Origin: an uncultured Bacteroidota bacterium
GTDB taxonomy: Bacteria > Bacteroidota > Bacteroidia > Chitinophagales > Chitinophagaceae
Assembly: GCA_903916555.1 (NCBI GenBank)
Contig: CAIWXG010000365.1
Coordinates: forward strand, 1-56,886
Direction of reading: 5' to 3'
Length of the DNA: 56,886 nucleotides
A model generated the notes under the pieces. The model had not been told where the DNA came from. It did no database searches and was given only the letters and a program-made list of their open reading frames with translations. Numbering within the stretch: the stretch's first letter is position 1; each line of letters opens with the position of its first letter. Below are positions 46,065 to 55,486 of the stretch, one piece after another. A program made the position numbers and the translations under genes.

Positions 46065-47138
46065 TTATTTTTTAGGCGTAAGAGCGCCATAAACGTTTAT
46101 TTTATCCGGACCATATTGATTAGATACAATTACCAAATATTTTAAATCAAAAGCCGGATCAACATATTTTTTAAAGTATTTTATGCCATCGTAGTCAATG
46201 GTTACTTTTACGGGTAACCACATATCTCCGGGTCCTTTATAAGAACCACCAAAAAACATAAGTAATTTACCATCTTTATTAAACATTTGTGTGTTCTCGA
46301 AACCTGCATCCACTACAAATAAATTAGATTCACGGTCGCAGGCAATACCTTTAGGGCGAACAAACTGACCTAAACCAACGCCATAAGTACCTACAAAGTT
46401 TAAATATTTGCCCTGGTGGTCAAAAACCTTAATTTTAAAATCTCCAAAATCAGTTATATATACTTTATCGTCTGTAATAAACAAGTTGTATGGCGAATAT
46501 AAGAAGCCATCATCCCCCTGCTCATACTGACCGAAATTGCGTAAGAATTTAAAAGTTTTCTTATCATATATATTAATTGTATGCTTAGACGGATTGGTAA
46601 CCCACAATTCATTACCATAAACCATTAAATCAGTAGGTTTAAAGTCTCCAGTATCATTAATTCTGCTTTTAAAGTTATGTAAACTATCAAAAATAACTAC
46701 TTCGTGTCGCCCTTGGTCGCCTACGTAAATGTATTCATTAGTATCTACAAAGCAACTTAAAGGGTTTTTTAATTGTCCACTACCGGCTGGTGCGAATGTT
46801 GTATATTTTTTCTTAGGAAAATCAATAATTTCCAATGCACCGGCACCAGGGTCGCATACATATAAAATATTATTACGCATTGCGGTTCCATAAGGCTTAT
46901 TTATGTATCTAATCTCTTCTTTACCTAATACAAAAGTTGAAAACTTAGACCTTTTACCTAAAAAATTGGACCCATTTATTGTAGTAAGATATTGTATTCT
47001 TGCCGTATCCGGTGGTGCGGGATACAATATAGATTCCTTTTTAATTTCAGTTGATTTTTTATGAAAAATACTGCAAGAAACCAAATCTATGCTAATAGCA
47101 AAGATTAACACGAAAATCAAATATTTTTTCTTTTTCAT
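46065..47138 (-). CDS. NHL-repeat six-bladed beta-propeller lipoprotein (first gene of the cytochrome operon)
   Basis: Lipobox IDLVSCS. Repeated ..P.G(I/T)A.D....L(Y/F)V.D.G...(I/V).(I/V)(F/Y)D blades. Confidence 0.8.
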   Translation of the reverse strand: MKKKKYLIFVLIFAISIDLVSCSIFHKKSTEIKKESILYPAPPDTARIQYLTTINGSNFLGKRSKFSTFVLGKEEIRYINKPYGTAMRNNILYVCDPGAGALEIIDFPKKKYTTFAPAGSGQLKNPLSCFVDTNEYIYVGDQGRHEVVIFDSLHNFKSRINDTGDFKPTDLMVYGNELWVTNPSKHTINIYDKKTFKFLRNFGQYEQGDDGFLYSPYNLFITDDKVYITDFGDFKIKVFDHQGKYLNFVGTYGVGLGQFVRPKGIACDRESNLFVVDAGFENTQMFNKDGKLLMFFGGSYKGPGDMWLPVKVTIDYDGIKYFKKYVDPAFDLKYLVIVSNQYGPDKINVYGALTPKK

Positions 47139-47293
47139 TTTGAATGTTTTTTATTTTTTCAATTAAACTTCTTCAAAATACGATATAAATCTATATTGTA
47201 TTACAAAAGAATAATTTCAATTTATTTTTATTTTAAAATGTTACAAATAACACAGTATATGTAAAACACTTTGGTATAGTCTATAAACTTCCG

Positions 47294-47301
47294 CAAAATT
47301 A
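47294..47301 (-). promoter_or_regulatory. Candidate -7 box (TAatTTTG) for the cytochrome operon
   Basis: The minus strand reads TAATTTTG. It would place a transcription start near 47289, about 150 nt upstream of the NHL gene ATG. Such octamers are not rare in AT-rich DNA. Confidence 0.3.
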
Positions 47302-47323
47302 TTATTGGACATGATTCTTTTCA

Positions 47324-47337
47324 ATGACTTTAGTCAT
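47324..47337. promoter_or_regulatory. Candidate Crp/Fnr operator ATGAC-TTTA-GTCAT
   Basis: Perfect 5-4-5 inverted repeat. The centre (47330.5) lies roughly 41-43 nt upstream of the start inferred from the TAatTTTG box, which is the classic class II activator position. Confidence 0.4.
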
Positions 47338-47345
47338 CTTTATTT

Positions 47346-47359
47346 ATGACAATATTCAT
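47346..47359. promoter_or_regulatory. Second candidate Crp/Fnr operator ATGAC-AATA-TTCAT
   Basis: ATGA-N6-TCAT core, centred 22 bp (two helical turns) from the 47324 site. Confidence 0.3.
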
Positions 47360-47493
47360 ATAATTTATACTAATTCATGAATAATATTGCATCGTGGAAT
47401 AGAGGCAATCAACACAAAATTTTATTTTATTTTTGTTTATTCAAGCTTAAGTATTCAAACTAAACATTTTATTTCATCTAATAAAACAAAGAA

Positions 47494-48249
47494 ATGAAAA
47501 AGACAACTTTTTTAAAAGCAGTAGTTCTTGCATTATTGATTATTTTAAATATTACATTTTTAAATTCAAAAACATGTTTTGCTTTCTTTGAAGGTAAAAA
47601 AATTGTTTCACATAAAATTCTTGTTCAAGAAGTAGTGCAAACATCTAATTATACTTATCTGCATGGTAAAGTTAATGATTCAACTGATTCTTGGCTTGCA
47701 GTGCCAACAATGGAAGCAAAAGTGGGTGATACTTATTATTATTCCGGTGGCTTACCTATGACAAAATTTGTAAGTAAAGAACTTAACCGAACTTTTGACT
47801 TAGTATTATTTTTAGGTGAAGTAAGTACAGAGCCTATAAGTGATGTGAGTGCGAAACCGGTAAAAGACACTTCTATTTCAGGGCATCATGCCGATGCACA
47901 GGTATATAAAAGAAAAGCTGTTGCTGATACAAAAAAAGATTTGAAGATAGATGTACCTGCTGACTGCATTACGATAGCACAGCTATTATCAAAAAAAGAT
48001 GATTATGCAGGCAAAACAGTGAAAATAAAGGGACAAGTAACTAAATATAATGCTGGTATAATGTATAAAAACTGGATTCATTTGCAAGACGGTACAGACT
48101 TAAATGGAAAATATGATTTGGTTATTACTTCACCATCTGAAGTAAAAGTGGGGGATATTGTAATTTTGGAAGGATTAGTAAGCGTGAATAAAGATTTTGG
48201 ATACGGCTATGCTTTTGATATTATGATTGAAAATGCAATTGTAAAGTAA
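47494..48249 (+). CDS. Secreted two-domain protein with a C-terminal OB-fold-like (BOF/tRNA_anti-like) module, unknown function
   Basis: Signal peptide. The C-terminal GKTVKIKGQVTKYNAGIMYKNWIHLQDGTD...VKVGDIVILEGLVSVNKDFGYGYAFDIMIENA resembles periplasmic OB-fold proteins (weak recall). It is divergent from the cytochrome operon. Confidence 0.5.
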   Translation: MKKTTFLKAVVLALLIILNITFLNSKTCFAFFEGKKIVSHKILVQEVVQTSNYTYLHGKVNDSTDSWLAVPTMEAKVGDTYYYSGGLPMTKFVSKELNRTFDLVLFLGEVSTEPISDVSAKPVKDTSISGHHADAQVYKRKAVADTKKDLKIDVPADCITIAQLLSKKDDYAGKTVKIKGQVTKYNAGIMYKNWIHLQDGTDLNGKYDLVITSPSEVKVGDIVILEGLVSVNKDFGYGYAFDIMIENAIVK

Positions 48250-48328
48250 TGCAACTGCTATTTCCCAACAATATAAATATTTATTTTATTTCGATTCTTT
48301 CTTTAAATCCATAAATAAAATGTATCCA

Positions 48329-50071
48329 TTATTCGTTTTGATGTATGTATAATTTTGCATATTGTCCTTTTAATGCCATAAGTTCATCATGTGTTCCTTT
48401 TTCCACTATTTCGCCTGCATCAAGAACTATAATCTGGTCGAAAACCCAACCGGTAAAAATGCGGTGTGTAATAACAAATGTGGTAATACCATCAAGATAA
48501 TTTTTAAGATTCGATAGTATCGTTTTCTCTGTCTGTGTATCTACTGCCGATAAACATTCATCAAGTATTAGTATTTTATTGTGTTTTAATATTGCCCTTG
48601 CTAGCACCATCCGTTGCTTTTGCCCGCCCGATAACATTACACCCCGTTCGCCAATTATTGTATCGTAACCTTTTTCTAAAGCCAAAATATCCTTATCTAA
48701 ATCAGCCATGCGGGCAGCATCTTTTATTTCGGCATCAGTGGCATTGTCTTTACCGAATTTTATATTATTCGCTATCGTATCAGAAAATAAATAAGCATCT
48801 TGAGAGGCATAACCTATTTGATTTCTTAAATTTTCGAGGTTGAAATCTTTGATATTTTTACTATCAATTTTTATTTCTCCCTTATCTACATCAAACATTC
48901 TTAAAAGTATATGAGCTATAGTAGATTTTCCGGAACCTGTTTTGCCTATAATAGCTATTTTTTGTCCTGAAGCTACCTGTAATGAGAAATTGTTTAATGC
49001 TTTTATGCCTGTGTTCGGATAGGTAAAAGAAATATTATTTATTGAAAGATTTCCGTTTATTTTAGTGTCTATTGCATCAGTAGGGCTTACAATATCCGGT
49101 TTCATCTGTAAAAACTCGTCTATCCGCTTTTGAGATGCCCCTGCACGTTGTGTCATGCTTGCTACCATACCAATGCTGGAAATTGGAAACATAAGAAGGT
49201 TAATATAAATAACAAATTGCGCTATGTTGCCGGTTGTTATATCTCCTTTTATTGCAAAATAGCCACCTATTAATATAGTAGAAAGCATACTTAACCCTAT
49301 AAAAAAGGTCATTGACGGAAAATAAATTGCTTCTGTAAGAGAAAGATTAATGGTACTTTTTCTATACAGTTCAGAATTTTTGTCAAAAAAGCGTATCATA
49401 TTATTTTCTTGTACAAAAGATTTTATGACCCTAATACCGGAATAAGATTCTTGTGCAGTTGTAGTTAGTATGGATAGTTGAGCTTGTATTTCGCTACTTT
49501 TTTTAAAGATGATTTTATTTACATAATAAATAGATAATGCTAATAAAGGCAATGGCGTTATTACACATAAAGTTAACGCAATGCTTACGTTAAGCATATC
49601 CCAAATACATAAAATGGTAAGGGACAGCATAGCAGAAAAATACATTATAGAAGGTCCTGTGTACATTCTTACTCTTGATACATCTTCTGAAATCCGATTC
49701 ATTAAATCACCAATAAAATGGGATTTATAAAACTGGGTATTTAATCGTTGATATTGTTTATAAATTTCATTTTTTTGGTCGTATTCAATATGGCGGCTCA
49801 TTACAATAATTGTTTGTCGCATCATAAACATAAAAAGACCGCGTAATAGTGCATAACCTAAGATAGTTAAACCACCTTTAAGAACGACACTGAAAATTTG
49901 GTCAGATTTTTGTTTAGCAACTATCATCTCTTGCACTTGGTCTAATATATCTTTTATTATATTACCCGGTAATACTGCAAATTTGCTTGATATGGCTACA
50001 AATAATAAACCGAGCAATAAACGCAATCTATATTTTACAAAATATTTGTTTAGCGAACGTAGGTTCTTCAT
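48329..50071 (-). CDS. ABC exporter, fused permease/ATPase (MsbA/ABCB-like)
   Basis: Six-TM N-terminal domain; Walker A GKTGSGKST; signature LSGGQKQR; Walker B ILILDE. Confidence 0.9.
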   Translation of the reverse strand: MKNLRSLNKYFVKYRLRLLLGLLFVAISSKFAVLPGNIIKDILDQVQEMIVAKQKSDQIFSVVLKGGLTILGYALLRGLFMFMMRQTIIVMSRHIEYDQKNEIYKQYQRLNTQFYKSHFIGDLMNRISEDVSRVRMYTGPSIMYFSAMLSLTILCIWDMLNVSIALTLCVITPLPLLALSIYYVNKIIFKKSSEIQAQLSILTTTAQESYSGIRVIKSFVQENNMIRFFDKNSELYRKSTINLSLTEAIYFPSMTFFIGLSMLSTILIGGYFAIKGDITTGNIAQFVIYINLLMFPISSIGMVASMTQRAGASQKRIDEFLQMKPDIVSPTDAIDTKINGNLSINNISFTYPNTGIKALNNFSLQVASGQKIAIIGKTGSGKSTIAHILLRMFDVDKGEIKIDSKNIKDFNLENLRNQIGYASQDAYLFSDTIANNIKFGKDNATDAEIKDAARMADLDKDILALEKGYDTIIGERGVMLSGGQKQRMVLARAILKHNKILILDECLSAVDTQTEKTILSNLKNYLDGITTFVITHRIFTGWVFDQIIVLDAGEIVEKGTHDELMALKGQYAKLYIHQNE

Positions 50072-50299
50072 CTGGCTGTAAAGTTCGCTAAATAAAGACT
50101 AATGAAAAATTTAAAAAAATGATTGTAGTATTTTACAACAAAGCAATAAATATGTTATATATATAAATAAATTTGAAAATATTCATATGTATTTAATTCT
50201 AAAGTATCCCTACGCAATATGGAATAATATAAATTAATTTTATGCTATTAAATAAACTATAATCAACAAACCATACTATTTACCTACCTTTGCTATACA

Positions 50300-53200
50300 A
50301 TGAACCTTGATGTATTACAAGGCTTATACCAAAACGATATCCGTCTAAAACAAATAGCGGCAGGTATTGCTATATCAGACCATAAGATAAGGGTATATTT
50401 AGATAATTTACGTGGCTCTGCTATTGTCTTTATGGCTACCGGTCTTTGGCATCAAATGGATTACAACCATGTTTTTATACTAAACGACAAGGAAGAAGCC
50501 GCTTATTTCCATAATGATATTGAACACCTTACAAAAGCTTTAGATGTTTTCTTCTTTCCCGATTCTTTTAAACGCACAGGTAATTTTCAAGAACTGAACA
50601 GTAGCCATGTAATGTTGCGTACAGAGGCACTCACTAAACTGTCGGGCAAAAAAACAAATAAGAAAATACTGGTTACGTATCCCGAAGCATTATTCGAAAA
50701 AGTAATAAATCCTACATCGCTTAGCAGTAATCTGATAAGCATAAAAGTAGGCGAACAATTAGAGCTTGATAGTCTATTAGAAAAATTTATTACCTTAGGT
50801 TTCCATAGAGAAGATTTTGTTTACGAGCCGGGGCAGTTTGCCATGCGTGGCGGCATATTGGATATTTATTCTTTTGGCAATGAACATCCCTACCGCATAG
50901 AGCTTTTTGATACAGAAGTAGATAGCATAAGAATTTTTAATCCGGAAACACAGTTATCTGAAAGAAAACTTTTACAGGTATCTATAATCCCTAATATAGA
51001 AACGAAATTTGATACTCAGGATAAGATTTCTTTATTAGATTATATGCCCGAGAATACTATATTTTGGGCTAAAGACCTTAATTTTACAATTGGCAAACTT
51101 CAGAAACTGGCTGCAGATTTACCGCCCAAAACTGAAGTAATGCATATTGCAATAGACCATGAAGAACAGTGGCTAAAGGAAATTTCTACTACTGACTTTG
51201 AAACAGGCAATGAATGGCAAGAAAAAATTAAGAATAAACATCTAATAGAATGGTATAATCATTCTCTCGAAAAAATTACAAATGACCCGATTGATGCCAC
51301 ATTTAAATTTGCTACAGATGAACAGCCCGTGTTTAACAGACAGTTTAACATGCTGATTGCTGATTTGCAAAAATGTATAGCCAATAAATATGTACCCTAT
51401 ATTTTTGCAGAAAACCCAAAACAATTAGAACGGTTAAGAAGCATATTTGATGATTTAAATGCAGGTATCAATTTTGTGCCTATAACAACGTCTATAAGCA
51501 AGGGATTTATAGACCACGACAAAAAAGTTATTTGCTATACCGACCACCAAATATTTCAGAGGTACCATAAATATACTGTAAAGCAGGCTTATAGTAAGGG
51601 TAAAGCCTTAACCATGAGGGCATTGCGTGAGTTGCAACCGGGAGATTACGTAACACATATAGACCATGGTGTGGGTGTTTACAGCGGCTTGCAGAAAATA
51701 GAAGTGAATGGAGCAATGCAGGAAGCCATTCGTATAATCTATAAAGATAATGATGTATTGTATGTAAATATAAATTCGTTACACAAAATTACGCGCTTCA
51801 CCGGCAAAGAAGGTGCAGTACCAAGGGTTAATAAATTAGGCAGCGATGCTTGGACAAAGCTCAAAAACAAAACCAAACGACAGGTAAAAGATATTGCATC
51901 TGACCTCATAAAACTGTATGCCAAAAGAAAAGCATCGCAGGGATTTGCTTTTACTCCCGACAGTTATATGCAGACCGAACTGGAGGCGTCTTTCTTTTAT
52001 GAAGATACTCCCGACCAAAGTAAAGCTACAGCAGATGTGAAAAGGGATATGGAATCACCTGCACCTATGGATAGATTGATTTGTGGTGATGTAGGTTTTG
52101 GGAAAACGGAAATAGCTGTACGTGCAGCCTTTAAAGCAGTAGCCGATAGTAAACAAGCAGCTATTTTAGTGCCTACTACCATTTTGGCTTTCCAACATTA
52201 TAATACGTTTAAAGAACGATTAAAGGATTTTCCTTGCACGGTAGATTATGTAAATCGATTTAAATCGGCTAAAGAAAAGAAAGAAACATTTAAACAATTA
52301 GAAGAAGGTAAAATAGATATTATAATAGGTACACATGCCTTATTAGGTAAGGATGCAAAATTTAAAGATTTAGGCATTCTTATTATTGATGAAGAACAAA
52401 AATTTGGCGTGGGTAGCAAAGAGAAATTACGTGAATTAAAAGCCAATGTAGATACCTTAACACTTACGGCAACCCCAATACCCCGCACTCTGCAATTCTC
52501 GCTAATGAATGCCAGGGACTTGAGTATTATAAATACACCACCACCTAATAGGCAACCGGTGCAAACAGAAATCCTTGTATTTGATGAATATGCTATTAGA
52601 GATGCCATTTATTACGAAACAGAAAGAGGCGGACAGGTTTTTTTTATTCATAATAGAGTGCAAAGCCTGCCCGAAATGATGACGATGCTTAAAAGCCTAT
52701 GTCCTGATATTAGTGTTGGTATGGCACACGGACAAATGGAAGGACACTTGCTTGAAGAAGCCCTTTTTAACTTTATTGAAAAGAAATATGATGTGCTTTG
52801 CTGCACTAATATTGTGGAAAGCGGAGTAGATATTGCAAATGTAAATACTATAATTATTAATAATGCACACCAGTTTGGGCTTAGCGATTTGCACCAGCTT
52901 AGAGGGCGTGTGGGACGAAGTAATAAAAAAGCTTTTTGCTATCTTGTAGCTCCCCCTATAAGTTTATTGCCTGGCGATAGCCGTAAAAGACTACAAACAT
53001 TAGAACAGTTTAATGAACTGGGTAGTGGTTTCCAGATTGCAATGCGAGACTTAGATATTAGAGGTGCAGGTAACTTATTGGGCGGGGAACAAAGTGGGTT
53101 TATAACCGAAATAGGCTTTGAAATGTATCAGAAAATTCTTGCCGAAGCCATGCGAGAATTAAGAACAAGTGATTTTAAAGAGGTATTTGCCGAAGAACTT

Positions 53201-53674
53201 GACCGCAAAAAAGAATATGCAACAGATTGCACAATAGATACCGATTTAGAAATTTTGATACCCGACAATTATGTAACTAATATTACCGAAAGACTATCTT
53301 TATACACCCAATTAGACGATTTAGAAACAGATGAAGAAATAGACAAATTTGCTATTGAATTTCAAGACCGTTTTGGCACAATACCAACACAGGTGCAAGA
53401 ATTGTTTACTACAATACGATGTAGGAAAATAGCATGTGAGCTTGGTTTTGAGAAATTAATTCTTAAAAACCAACAAATGCGTTTGTATTTTATAAGTAAT
53501 CCCGAATCACCCTATTTTGAATCAGACACATTTAATCATATTCTTAATTACATACAAACAAAAACAATTTATGCCAAACTAAAACAAGTAGGCAAAAATT
53601 TTATGCTTGTAGTTGACAAAATGAAAAAAATGCAAAATGTACTTGATTTTTTAAGAGGCATGGAAAAGAAATAG
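50300..53674 (+). CDS. mfd: Transcription-repair coupling factor
   Basis: 1124 aa; CarD/TRCF domain (GDYVTHIDHGVG); helicase motifs GDVGFGKTE, IIDEEQKFG, TATPIPRT, QLRGRVGRS; C-terminal TRCF domain. Confidence 0.97.
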   Translation: MNLDVLQGLYQNDIRLKQIAAGIAISDHKIRVYLDNLRGSAIVFMATGLWHQMDYNHVFILNDKEEAAYFHNDIEHLTKALDVFFFPDSFKRTGNFQELNSSHVMLRTEALTKLSGKKTNKKILVTYPEALFEKVINPTSLSSNLISIKVGEQLELDSLLEKFITLGFHREDFVYEPGQFAMRGGILDIYSFGNEHPYRIELFDTEVDSIRIFNPETQLSERKLLQVSIIPNIETKFDTQDKISLLDYMPENTIFWAKDLNFTIGKLQKLAADLPPKTEVMHIAIDHEEQWLKEISTTDFETGNEWQEKIKNKHLIEWYNHSLEKITNDPIDATFKFATDEQPVFNRQFNMLIADLQKCIANKYVPYIFAENPKQLERLRSIFDDLNAGINFVPITTSISKGFIDHDKKVICYTDHQIFQRYHKYTVKQAYSKGKALTMRALRELQPGDYVTHIDHGVGVYSGLQKIEVNGAMQEAIRIIYKDNDVLYVNINSLHKITRFTGKEGAVPRVNKLGSDAWTKLKNKTKRQVKDIASDLIKLYAKRKASQGFAFTPDSYMQTELEASFFYEDTPDQSKATADVKRDMESPAPMDRLICGDVGFGKTEIAVRAAFKAVADSKQAAILVPTTILAFQHYNTFKERLKDFPCTVDYVNRFKSAKEKKETFKQLEEGKIDIIIGTHALLGKDAKFKDLGILIIDEEQKFGVGSKEKLRELKANVDTLTLTATPIPRTLQFSLMNARDLSIINTPPPNRQPVQTEILVFDEYAIRDAIYYETERGGQVFFIHNRVQSLPEMMTMLKSLCPDISVGMAHGQMEGHLLEEALFNFIEKKYDVLCCTNIVESGVDIANVNTIIINNAHQFGLSDLHQLRGRVGRSNKKAFCYLVAPPISLLPGDSRKRLQTLEQFNELGSGFQIAMRDLDIRGAGNLLGGEQSGFITEIGFEMYQKILAEAMRELRTSDFKEVFAEELDRKKEYATDCTIDTDLEILIPDNYVTNITERLSLYTQLDDLETDEEIDKFAIEFQDRFGTIPTQVQELFTTIRCRKIACELGFEKLILKNQQMRLYFISNPESPYFESDTFNHILNYIQTKTIYAKLKQVGKNFMLVVDKMKKMQNVLDFLRGMEKK

Positions 53675-54025
53675 AATACGTGAAGGAAAAGTGTTCTAAA
53701 TTCTAAGAACTATTATGATTGTAATTTAAAATACCATTTTATTTGTACTTAATTTGCCTCATAGGCACATAGATTTTTAAAGACAATATACGAATAAACA
53801 GAAATTATGTTTTTGAAGAGTTGCGGAAGTAGTCTATTGGGATCTATTTGTTTTCTCTTACGTTTTAATTCTGCATTTATTTTTACCGCAATATCAGCAG
53901 AAGTTTCATGAAAAGATTTCCTTCTATTATTTTTAATTGCCGACCTTGAAGAAAACGATTCGCTGAAAATTGATGAAGCAAAAGATTATTATGACAAACT
54001 TAAAAAGAAAATATAAAATTGGATA

Positions 54026-54661
54026 TTAGCTATCAGAAGCAATTTCTTCAATTCCGCCTTTATTTGCATAATCTTCATTCATTTCTTTTATATAAGATAG
54101 TATTTCTTTTCTACCTAGAAACTTAATGGCACTCGTCATAAAGCTGCGGGGTATATATTCCCAGTCTTTTTTCATTTCTTCAATAAACATTTTAGCGTTT
54201 TTTGCAGCTTCACGCTGGGTTGTTTTATCTGCTTTCGTAAAAATAATATTAAAAGGTATTCCCCATTCACCTAACTTTTTTAAGAACTGTAAGTCTATTT
54301 CTTGTGGTTGTATGCGGCAATCTATTAAAACAAAAACAGTTACCAAATTAGTTCTTGTTTTTATGTAATTACTTATCATTTTCTCCCAAGAGGCTCTCTG
54401 GGCAATAGAAACCTTAGCAAATCCATAGCCGGGAAGGTCAACAATATAAAACAAGTTATTGATAATAAAATGATTTATCATTTGGGTTTTACCAGGTGTT
54501 CCTGATGTTTTTGCTAATTTGCTTTGTTTAGTAAGCATATTTATAAGCGAAGACTTGCCTACATTGCTTCTACCTATAAAAGCATATTCAGGTTTGTCTG
54601 GCTTAGGGCAACCCTCTACATTAGGGCTGCTAATCAAATATTTTGCAGTAAGTATTTCCAT
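54026..54661 (-). CDS. engB: Ribosome-biogenesis GTPase YsxC/EngB
   Basis: MEILTAKYLISS...EYAFIGRSNVGKSSLIN (G1), DLPGYG (G3), TKADK (G4). ATG at 54661 is preferred over the longer ORF start at 54694. Confidence 0.9.
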   Translation of the reverse strand: MEILTAKYLISSPNVEGCPKPDKPEYAFIGRSNVGKSSLINMLTKQSKLAKTSGTPGKTQMINHFIINNLFYIVDLPGYGFAKVSIAQRASWEKMISNYIKTRTNLVTVFVLIDCRIQPQEIDLQFLKKLGEWGIPFNIIFTKADKTTQREAAKNAKMFIEEMKKDWEYIPRSFMTSAIKFLGRKEILSYIKEMNEDYANKGGIEEIASDS

Positions 54662-54688
54662 TGGAATTAGATGCGTATTTTTGCATTT

Positions 54689-55441
54689 ATGCAAGACCTA
54701 CATAACAGTAATCCGGCAGCATCTGTTTTGCCCGACAACAGTGCAAATTTAAGTAAGAAAGAGCAAGTAGCAGTCATGTTTAATAATATAGCCGGCAGTT
54801 ACGATTTTTTAAATCATTTTTTGTCTTTAGGTATAGATAAACAGTGGCGTAAAAAGGCAATAAAAGAGGTAGGTATGGTAAATCCTAAAAATATATTAGA
54901 TGTAGCTACAGGTACAGGAGATATGGCAATAACAGCAATGAGCCTCAATCCGGAAACAATTACAGGCTTAGATATTGCTGATGAAATGCTTGCCGTAGGT
55001 CGTAAAAAAATTGCGGCACTCAATCTTACCGAAAAAATAATACTGCTTACAGGCGACAGTGAAGCTATGCCCTTTGGAACTGGAAAGTATGATGCTGTAA
55101 TGTGTGCTTATGGTGTACGCAATTTCGAACATTTAGAAGCAGGTTTAAAAGAAATAAATAGGGTACTAAGACCCGGAGGAAAAGTAGTAATATTAGAATT
55201 CTCTAAGCCGGTTAGCTTCCCAATAAAACAGTTTTACGGTTTTTATTTTAAATTTATTTTACCAACATTAGGTAAGTTAATTTCAAAACACGGGCGAGCT
55301 TACACCTACCTCCCAGAGTCGGTAATGGCTTTTCCGCAGGGTAAAGACTTCTGTACTATTTTGGGCAATTGTGGCTTTAAGAACACAAAAGCACAACCCC
55401 TAACATTTGGCATAACCACATTATATACAGGCATAAAATAG
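54689..55441 (+). CDS. ubiE: Demethylmenaquinone / ubiquinone-family C-methyltransferase
   Basis: KKEQVAVMFNNIAGSYDFLNHFLSLGIDKQWRKKA, SAM motif LDVATGTGD, YGVRNF, LRPGGKVVILEFS. ATG at 54689 is preferred. Confidence 0.9.
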   Translation: MQDLHNSNPAASVLPDNSANLSKKEQVAVMFNNIAGSYDFLNHFLSLGIDKQWRKKAIKEVGMVNPKNILDVATGTGDMAITAMSLNPETITGLDIADEMLAVGRKKIAALNLTEKIILLTGDSEAMPFGTGKYDAVMCAYGVRNFEHLEAGLKEINRVLRPGGKVVILEFSKPVSFPIKQFYGFYFKFILPTLGKLISKHGRAYTYLPESVMAFPQGKDFCTILGNCGFKNTKAQPLTFGITTLYTGIK

Positions 55442-55486
55442 TATTATAATAAGACTTACGAAACGTAAAAGAATGTTTCTATTACC

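Noticed and set aside
53675-54025. 350-bp gap after mfd with a roughly 75-codon stop-free stretch on the minus strand (..ADIAVKINAELKRKRKQIDPNRLLPQLFKNIISVY..) and a short plus-strand tail (..LEENDSLKIDEAKDYYDKLKKKI)
   Set aside because: Neither has a start codon or any motif I recognise. It is possibly a gene remnant, but I cannot support a call.
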